Source: Dipteris shenzhenensis (lineage: Eukaryota). From it: a stretch of 64,000 nucleotides of DNA. Below the pieces are notes generated by a model. The model ran no database searches. It was not told the DNA's origin and saw nothing but the letters and a program-made list of their open reading frames with translations. Shown here piece after piece: positions 55,390 to 64,000 of this stretch. Every line of letters starts with the position of its first letter. Positions within the stretch are counted from its first letter, which is position 1. The position numbers and the translations under genes are program-made. Where the stretch lies: the NCBI GenBank assembly GCA_047967505.1, contig CM106538.1, one strand, 5' to 3'.

Positions 55390-57929
55390 ATCACGGGTTG
55401 CACCCAGGTAGATTTGTGCAAGCATGAAGAATTCCTAGACCAAGCTGTTGCTTTGGAGAAGAGTGAAGGCTCGAAAAGGCCGTGATATCTTTGACAACAT
55501 TCTGAATGTGAGTGCAGCAATTGATTACGCCTGCGCCTCTAACCAAGGATGTATCCTCTTTGGGATCGATCTGGACAAGGCATACGATAGAATCCACTGG
55601 GATTTCATTGAAGCAGTTCTATCTAAACTAGGGTTCGGCGACGCCTTTGTAAGAAAGGTTCTGACACTCTTTGGAAATGCCTCAGCAGCCCTTTGTCTAA
55701 ACGGTGGAGAGTGGTAGGATCTTTCCAACTCAGACGGTTGATAAGGCAAGGGTGCCCCCTAGCCCCCCTCTTGTTTGCTCTAGCCTCAGTCCCCTTAATA
55801 CAGATGATTAAACATGCAGCTCAGTTGGGCCGGTTTGAAGGACTCCTGCTTCCCTCGGGCTCCTCTTTGAGTATCCAGATGTTTGCATATGGCCTGATGG
55901 CTCTCTGTAAAGAAAATGCCGACTCTGTGACCACCCTGAATGAGTGTTTGAATACCTTCTGTGTCGCATCAGGGTCAATGAAACAAATCTTTCGCGATTC
56001 GCATGTCTAGTAGTGGGCTGCCAAATGGTCTAATACCCATGCCTATCAAATGGATTGCAAAGGGAGAGGTAATTCGATACTTAGGAGCCCCGCTGGGCCC
56101 AAGAATTTCGTAGCAAAAACATTTTGATTGGTTTAGAGAGACTCCTCACCAAACTCAAAGCTTGGAGTGGACTAAGTCTAGGATGGAATGCCAGAGCCCT
56201 AGTGATCAAACATGTGCTCTTGGTGATGCTGACATACGTGGCTTCGATATGTCTGTTTCATAAGTCTCAATGGGCAGTAATTGAGAGAGCCTTGAGATCA
56301 TTCCTCTGAGCAGGGGACGGGAGCATCAGGAAAATGCACTACATGCCCTGGAATGCGTTTAAGCTACCCAAGCGGAAAGGAGGGCTCGGAATCCCAAATA
56401 CCTTTTTGAAAAATGTGGCCCTGATTAGCAAGTGGCTACCGAAGTTGTTCGTTGGAGGGCTGCCCTGGGTTGAAATTGCACATTGGTTCATTGAGACGGG
56501 GTCCAACTATAAAGTGGGAGTATGGAGGGGGCTCTCCTGGTATGAAAGGCTCTTCTCGGACTTAGCATTCTTGGTTAAGGGATCCTCTCTGTTACATGAA
56601 ATAGTGGTAGCCTGGAAGGTGGCAGTGGCTAAGCTCATGTGGATACCTATGGGCGAACTCAGGGGAGATGCTGGGAGCATTCTCGATTAAGGGATCCTCT
56701 CTGTTACATGAAATAGTGGTGGCCTGGAAGGTGGCGATGGCTAAGCTTATGTGGATACCTATGGGCGGACTCAGGGGAGATGTTGGGCTTGCTGAGAGTA
56801 TGTGGTGGAGCAAGGCCTTTGGTGCCAATGACAAGTCATTAGCCTGGCTAGACATGTCATGTGCCAGAAGCATCTTCAAAAAAGGTTTGCGACACTGGAA
56901 GCAAATTTGGATCCCAAGTTGGGGGCAGTGGTAGCCGCGAGGAGACATAAGCCGTATATTCTCACTAATGGTAAGGGAAACGGCATTGGTTCATAGAATC
57001 CGAACCGTCTCTGCTCGGACGTCTGGCCGCCCAACTGCATTTTAGCGAACCAGAGAAGGTTGCTTCATTGGTTCCTGGGAAAGACCCAATTGAGAAAAAC
57101 CTCTGTGGGGCAAATGTACAGAGCCCTCCTAGAAGAGATGGTGGTGGCAATAGATCTCAATTCAAAATGGGGCCTCCGGCCGTCCCAAATTTGGTGGAAC
57201 AAACGCCCGATAAACATCTGGAAGAATTGCCGTATCGGGAAATTTGCCTTCCTCCTCTAGAAGATCTTACTCCATTGGACTCCTGTGCGTGGGAAACTTG
57301 CGCGAAGAATAGCGGTGAACCCGCTATGCCCCCTCTACGAAATTGCGCTAGAATCCGTGCTTCATCTATTCTGGAGTTGCCCCGTTTCTCGCCATGTATG
57401 GAGAAAGCTTGAAGGAGCGGTCAGATTATCGGGGATGATGACTAGCTTCAAACTATCTTGGAAACAACCGCTACTCGGAGAGACCACAGGGTGCTCTTCC
57501 ACCGTGGCCGCCGCATGGCCGTTGATTAGAGGGACGACCTGCTATGCTATTTGGATAAGTCGCAACTAGCTGGCGTTCGGCTCAAATCTTGCGCAAGAGC
57601 GGCGTGTCCCTTCGATTCTCCATCTACTGACTTCCTCTTTAGCTGACTCTGTCCAGATTAAAGCCAGCAATGACTTGGTGACATTGGCTTCTGTGAAAGA
57701 TATCAGAGCAGCTCTGGTTAGCTACACGTTCCTAGGTTAGTCTGATCCCCTGTCTAGTGTTGCTCTTTGAGCGCAGGCCATGGGCTCTGCCCCCTTGTTG
57801 GCGACAATTTTGCCAAGAGTCCTGTAGGGCACTGACCACCCCCCCCCCCCGCCCCCATCATTTTTTTCCCGCCTTTTTGCTTCATTAATATCAAAGCCGA
57901 CATTTCATTTATAAAAAATTAAAAAAAAA
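55390..57929 (+). mobile_element. 5'-truncated L1-like LINE (RT and C-terminal zinc finger, A-tail)
   Basis: GRDIFDNI, IDLDKAYDRIHW, IRQGCPLAPLLF, RYLG, KGGLGI, CPL...ESVLHLFWSCP, IWISRN; A-rich tail at 57911-57929. Confidence 0.92.
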
Positions 57930-58866
57930 TACTAGCTCCCACAATGGATCTTCTTTCTCATAATGAGCGCATATTAGTGCGTGTACTCAATAAAAGAGTG
58001 AAATGGAGTGCAACTTGAATTGGTATGCACAATGCAATGGCATAATAAAAGAGGTGAAACCCATCCATGGAACCCTTAATGGCAACATACTCATGTCTGT
58101 TGCCCCAATACAACTAGCAATCAAACATCCTGACAAACAATCAAGGTAGATCTTGAGAGTAGCTTCAACTTGACCCCTCACATTCACTCCACTCTTCAAC
58201 TCCTTACCACCTCTCTAATACCTTACCTTCTATCACTCTCATATGCATACTAATCTAAAGCAACTCACAATAGTAACCCCAAATGCATACTAATCTAACG
58301 CAACTCTTGTCTAGTCCCTTCAATCACTTAGTTATCTATTTAGCTTCTATAGTGCCTCAAATGTCGTTCACCACCTTCAAGATTATCCATGGATCATACT
58401 CCTTTGAGAACTCAAGTTTAACTCTCAATGCTAGTACATTAGCTCCCTCTTTAACTTTGTACCCCTTAATAGAAGCTTCCTTTTCTTTTTCTTTTTTTTA
58501 AATACCTAGAATGCCTTGAATGAATGTGCATCTATATCTTCATTGCTTGGCTTTGACATGGCAACTTGTTTGCTTGTTATCTTAAGATTGGCCTCGTATC
58601 TTTAGTTTAAATGACGCCTGGTGACGCCTACTTGTATCTTTTTCATATGGTGCCTTTTGTCATGTTACAAGGAATTCCTCAACTCTTTCATACATTATTT
58701 ATGACTTCCTCTACCACCCTTGTAATATTAATAACAAGTGAGTACAAGTACTCGTGGGCACTGCCTTCAAGTTGGTTTTGTCAAAGGAAAACAATTGTCA
58801 AGATGAATAAATGATTAATTTGCAACACATGTGATGAAAGCCGTGTTCGAATGATTTGCAAACTCC

Positions 58867-58913
58867 GTGTGTGTGTGTGTGTGTGTGTGTGAGTGAGAGA
58901 GAGAGAGAGAGAG
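58867..58913. repeat. (GT)n(GA)n microsatellite
   Basis: Directly visible. Confidence 0.95.
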
Positions 58914-59100
58914 TTCTTAAGAGCACTTTCCCACGATGGGCAAACCCAGCAAAAATGCTACAATTGCAAGCAAACCTGACAATGCACAACGAAGGTTCCG
59001 ATGAAGGCAAATGCTGAAGCCACAACAAAACTAGCACGGCTTTCAGAAGGACTGACAGTTTTCAGATGCTTCAGCAAATGAAAGTGTTAGAATGGACCTT

Positions 59101-59161
59101 GGCCCCGTAATGCTAGGGTGGAGAGCAGAATTTTCGCTTTCCACCCTAGCATTACGGTGCC
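59101..59161. other. Near-perfect stem-loop (26-bp arms, 9-nt loop); candidate miRNA/hpRNA precursor
   Basis: GGCCCCGTAATGCTAGGGTGGAGAGC vs the reverse complement of GCTTTCCACCCTAGCATTACGGTGCC: 24/26 match. The hairpin is certain, the function is not. Confidence 0.5.
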
Positions 59162-59302
59162 ATGAATTGGTAGCATAGTTTACAAGACTCCTCGCAGGAA
59201 CAAGACGAGCATTGAGAGGCATTGGCATATCCTAGCAAATCTGCCAAAGCGGGAACTCCCTCTAAAAAAATGAAGTGTGTGTGAGAGAGAAAGAGAACCA
59301 AA

Positions 59303-59322
59303 ATATAAGGGGGCCACGTGGC
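59303..59322 (-). promoter_or_regulatory. Palindromic G-box (GCCACGTGGC) next to a TATA-like box
   Basis: GCCACGTGGC at 59313-59322. On the minus strand it is followed by CCTTATAT and a CT/CA-rich leader. Confidence 0.4.
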
Positions 59323-59584
59323 AATAAAGTGTGTGGGACACTTCTTTAACAAAAGTGTACCTAGAGCGCTGCCTAAAGGCAGTGATAAAAACACTTGGAT
59401 TTCACTATTTTAAAAAAGTGTGGGGGGGTGTGCACGCACGTTGTGTCGATCTTTCCAAGATGAGCATACCTTTCTTTGGCCCAGTTAGAATTTTTGCTTG
59501 TAGACAGCATTCTTTTTCTAAGGAATACTACTTTTAAAAAAAGTGTAGGTGTGAGTGCACACGCATGCATGTGTTGGCAGGCAC

Positions 59585-60005
59585 ACGTGTGCAAATACCT
59601 TACTCAATCTGAATTAGTAAATTTCCATGAGGATATTAAAACACAAGGACCTCCTAATCTTTAACCTTTAGAGTATATTATGATTAAAAGACTTGAAATC
59701 ATAAGTGAACATGTAACAATGGAATTCACACGAGAGAAAGGCCATAAAGTAATGCAAAAAACAAACTTGATTCAAGCTGCCAAAGGAAAACTACTGACAA
59801 TCCAGTAGATAACCTTGCACCTAAAAGGGCTTCTATTTGTGCTACATGACCCTCTTCTTGCATGGAGTAGGGCTGCAATTTACTTCATCAAATATGTTGT
59901 GAGACCACCTGTCAACATCCATCCGATTACCATCTGAAATTCCTTCAGATTGTCCACCTGACCTTTCCCTGCCTCCAACAAACCTGCCATCACCATCACA
60001 AGGTG
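59585..60005 (-). pseudogene. Diverged partial duplicate of the 3' end of the last exon and 3' UTR of the Btz-motif gene
   Basis: Collinear with 60283-60720 (for example GAGACCACCTGTCAACATCCATCCG and TGATTCAAGCTGCCAAAGGA); the stop codon is lost. Confidence 0.85.
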
Positions 60006-60526
60006 TTTGTCATAGCAGTCAAGGGGGAAGGAGGATTCCATTTGACAGGCACGGATGATAGGGTATGGAGACACATGTAGGAGGGATGGGGCTGCTACAG
60101 GAATGAGGGGGAGGGACATAACAAAATGAGAGGAGGGGCTGTGTGGAGAGATGGCGGAGAAGATGTACAGGAACATAAAGGCGGAGGAAATGGAGGAGCT
60201 TGTGGAGGTAGTGAAGATGGTGTGTGTATGTGTGTGAGTGTTAGGGAAGGAGGAGAGGGGGAGGGGCGGGGGGCATGGACATGCGTGTGAAAATACCTTG
60301 AGTTTATCTGAATTAGCGGAATGGTTTCTGTGAAGGTATAGCCACATTGATACTTTGGACCACCTAAACTTTAACCTTTTATCAAAAAACTGGGAAACTG
60401 GTGCTAATCATAAGTGAACATGTTTCGAAACAATAGAAGTGACACTAGAGAAAGGCTACTAAGTAATGCAAAAAACAAACATGATTCAAGCTGCCAAAGG
60501 ACAACCCCTGACAATCCAGTTGATAA

Positions 60527-61346
60527 TCATGCAGATAAGAGGGCTTCTATTTGAGCTAGATGATCCTCTTCTTGCTTGGGAGTAGGGCTGCGATTTACTT
60601 CGTCAAACATGTCGTGAGACCACCTGTCAACATCCATCCGGTTACCATCTGAAATTCTTTCAGATCGTCCCCCTGACCTTTCCCTGCCTCCAACAAACCT
60701 GCCATAACCACCACGAGGTGGAAATCTTGCACCCCGCTGGTCAGACTCCATCCAGCGACCTCGTTCCAACTCCTCTCCTCTTTCACGATATCGCTCTCTC
60801 TCCCTTCTTGCTAAATTCATGTCAGGATATCTTCTTTCTGACCTCTTATCAGGGTCTTCCCTCTGTTCCTCTGTTGTGTTTTTCTCTTTTGTTTCACGAC
60901 TGAGTTCAAATCCAGCCGCAGGTTTATCAGCATACTTTCCTCCTTCAACAAGAGCTACTTTTTCATTTGTTGGGACTTTTCTCCTCTTTTCCAGCTCTTC
61001 AGTTTGAGCCTCCAGAAATTTATCATGCTTCCATGCATCTTCTACCTTGCTTTGGGGAATAATCTGGGATGATCCCTGCCGTCTGTCATCCCTCCGTCGA
61101 GCTTGATGATCAGGACTTGTCTCCCTAAACCTATCATTAAAGCGAGCTTTTGCACGGTGTTCATTCCAACCACTGCGATCTATAGACAAAGATTGCACAT
61201 ATTTGGAATCAAAAAGTACGCAACAGAGGCCTTTAAACAAATCCTCGAACGTATTGTTGTCCCTATTATACTAACCAAAAAAGAAAAGAATTACCATATG
61301 CCCTCCTTTTGTTGATTCTTCCAGCAGGAGCACTCCTGTCATCATG
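60527..61346 (-). CDS. Last two coding exons (61346-61295, 61179-60527) of a Btz/CASC3(Barentsz)-motif, Arg/Glu-rich protein; 5' exons lie beyond the LTR element, outside the window
   Basis: AG|HDDRSAPAGRINKRRAY|GT exon joins in phase to DRSGWNE.... Motifs HDDR, WKHDKF and WSHDMF resemble the Btz/SELOR eIF4AIII-binding motifs. Ends EEDHLAQIEALLSA*. Confidence 0.8.
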
Positions 61347-61533
61347 CTGTAACATAAACATTTATATATATATATCTACCTTCATAAGACTAGAATATAT
61401 CCAAACTTGTTATAGAACAAGCGAAACAAAGGAAAGTATGGAGTTTTAAAGCGAATTCAGACAAAATTATGAGTAAATTAGAAAAATAAAGTATAAAATA
61501 TAAAATATAACTTAGTAAGCAAAGCTATGCTTA

Positions 61534-64000
61534 TGTTATCATCAGTACCCAAGCATAAGGAAGATCAGTCCTTGTTCACTAGTACCCACTGGAGAACCAT
61601 AGGGTAGTGTTTGCGTCTTAGGTTTAGGGATAGGTTTAGGTCCAGCCTAGGATAGGAGCCCTTCTGGGCCCCCTCAGGGCTGGAACAAGTGAAGAGAATG
61701 GCAGGGGAAGGGCTGCCTTTATAGGCTACCTGCACCCCTCCCTAGGGCTGCCTTTATGGGGCCTAGTGCTGCCTTTATGGGGCCTAGTGCTGCCTTTATG
61801 GGGCCTAGGGCTGCCATTTATGGGGCCAGCCAACCAGCCTCAAAAGCCCTACAAATAGGAGGCCTCCAGGCCTTCATTCCTCCCAGCACTTCAGCCTCCT
61901 ACAGCTCCTCCTCAGCCCCCTCTGAACAGCCTGACACTCACCCCCAGTGGCCCTCTGACCAGCCTCGGTCTTTGGCATCAGTTCAGCCCTCTAGGAAGGT
62001 GTTCACGAAGCGCATCAGATGGGGAGTCGGGACGGCGAACGGAGTAAGGTTTGGGGTCTGTTCCAGCAGCTCTTTTCAGTTATCTTTTACAGTTTTACAC
62101 AGCTCATTCTCAGCTCTTTATTTCAGTCGTCTCTCAGCTCTCTTATAGGATCTATCACTCCTATCTTTCACTCTCTCACTCATGCAGTAACCCTGCATTC
62201 CGGTGGACAGCACAAGCCTCTCCCTTGCCTTGCAGAAGCGTCCTACATCGTCAGTGTGGACAGCATCAAGGTCTCGGTATTGGTCGGCATTTCCTCTCAA
62301 GTCTTTGGGTCTGCTATACGTGTGCACAGTGAGCCTTCAAAAGCGCATTTCCGTGCTCTCTCGACGAGTGTTCTTTGTATTTCTCAGTTCTCCAAGTATA
62401 AAGAAAATTGGGGAAGGGGGCCCTCAGTGGGTACAGGGACCTAATCGGTTGTCAACTCTACTCTCTCTCTACCCTCATCTCCTTTCTCTCTCTATGGTTA
62501 ATTCCTCGCTAAAGGTTTAAAGAAGGTCTTGCTGTGAATTACACGATCAGATTACCGTTGCATGTTACATTGGTATCAGAGCTTCGGTCTGTATCCATCT
62601 TGACTACCGCGAGTGTATGGTTGTGTTGAGATCTGGAAAGGACACACAATCAAGCGCCATGGAAGGGTCGGGAAAGGGACTCAACCTTGAAGACTTTGAC
62701 GAGGAGAACAACTACCAACAAGATACGCTTCTGCCAAATGCTCAAGAAGTGATGGCGAACCTTCTAGAGCAGAATCGAGTCCTCCTATAGCAACTCGAAG
62801 AACATTCATCCCAACTAGAAGAAAGCAGAAGACAGCTAGACCAAACCAAAAAACATCTAGAGGAAAAAGAAGCAGAAAGCCGCTAGAAGAAAGAGGAACC
62901 GCAGATTAAAACTGCTCTTGTTGATGCATGAGGAATGAAAAAATAGGGCACTGCCACACGCAGAGCTCGCCCAAGTAGAGAGGCAACAAAAGCTAGACCG
63001 AGAGGCAATGCTAGCTGCTATGCAAGCAAGTTTGAGCGAAGCAACCGTCACTGCCATAGCTTCGTCAATCGACAAAGGTAACACCACTCACTCGGTTCAC
63101 TCCCAATTTTGTAAAGTATGATGGTAAGTGTGACCATTCCGCAATTTTGCAATTTATTCATCAGTTTATAGCTCATTTCCGTTAGCGCGGATTCAAGATG
63201 AGCAAGATAAAGTCCACCTCGCAGCCCCTCATCTTACCGGTGAGGCAGTGACCTAGTGGCAACATTGGGCTAGTAAGCATACTGACCCAACAACGTTTAA
63301 GACGAATTTTGTTTGGGAAACAGCTGGCCTCAAAGCCCGTTTTCTCCCACCCCAATATATGCTTAACTTGGAGGATGAGTTCTCTTGTCTCTCCCAGAAT
63401 GGTTTACCTGTGTTGACATACAGTAACCAGGTCATCACGCTGGCGCAGCAATTGGGCATGACGAAGAGCGCCAAGATGAAGCAATTCATTGAGGATAGCC
63501 CACTTTCATTCCAACCCCTCTCGAGATCCAGTTCCCACCTGGACCAAGATATCTTAGGCCCCCACCAGATGCCTGGGACTCCTTATTGACTGAGATACAC
63601 AGCATCAGGGCCCGTCAGAGAGAGCTGACCCCTCAAGAGCAGGCTTGATACACCCAAGAACATGCCCGTATTATACACGAGCAGGGCACCCTTATCCAGG
63701 GGCTCAGACACGACATCACATAGCTTCGAGAGGAGCTCGAGACCCTGAGAGCAACGCCTGGAGGGACCCCAGCCACAGAGATGGAGGCACAAATAGCCAC
63801 GATACAGTCGGCTATAGCAGAGACGACTAGGTGGGTGGACATGGCGAAACGGAAGCCCGCAAAGGCAACCGTTTTAGCCGCCATACAAGAGCAACAGCAG
63901 AGGGCTTCGAAGGCCCTCAACATCCGGATACGAGGGATCACGCGAGACAGCACCAACACCACTACGACGCCCATGGAGGAGGCGATCACCTTTGTGACCA
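61534..64000 (+). mobile_element. Ty3/Gypsy-like LTR retrotransposon 5' end: LTR (~61534-62569), PBS (62571-62582), decayed gag
   Basis: TGTTA...GTTACA followed by TGGTATCAGAGC. Gag remnants KYDGKCD, HLTGEAVT*WQ and LKARFLPPQY. Confidence 0.85.
61742..61827 (+). repeat. Four 21-bp tandem units (CTAG[G/T]GCTGCCTTTATGGGGC) inside the LTR
   Basis: Directly visible; produces the MGPSAAF repeats in a spurious ORF. Confidence 0.9.

Noticed and set aside
59043-59228. 61-aa ORF crossing the hairpin
   Set aside because: No recognisable motif or splice support; the hairpin explains the sequence better.
61742-61827. Short direct repeats here and at ~29664-29745 as CRISPR-like arrays
   Set aside because: No unique spacers, eukaryotic LTR context and no cas genes.

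Overview
Eukaryotic, land-plant genomic DNA; fern-like by inference only, from the TE mix and the dense (GA)n/(GT)n microsatellites. Two host genes are supportable. One is a complete 9-exon CDC48/p97 AAA-ATPase gene on the minus strand (12944-8974, 811 aa, all introns GT-AG). The other is the last two coding exons of a Btz/CASC3-motif protein (minus, 61346-60527), which has an LTR retrotransposon in its upstream intron and a partial duplicate of its 3' end. Most of the rest is nested, decayed retroelements: L1-like LINEs, an RTE-X-like LINE, several Ty1/Copia and Ty3/Gypsy elements, LTRs, a foldback element and microsatellites. Main observations: (1) a Gypsy family carries a retropepsin-like protease domain downstream of, and apparently fused to, integrase in two copies; (2) one Copia element is split into two oppositely oriented halves about 24 kb apart, still linked by a matching ATCTC target-site duplication and a break in its zinc knuckle; (3) a near-perfect 26-bp hairpin lies behind a G-box and TATA-like box (MIR candidate); (4) a duplicated splice donor sits in the last CDC48 intron. 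All alignments and translations outside the ORF track were done by eye, and TE boundaries are approximate.
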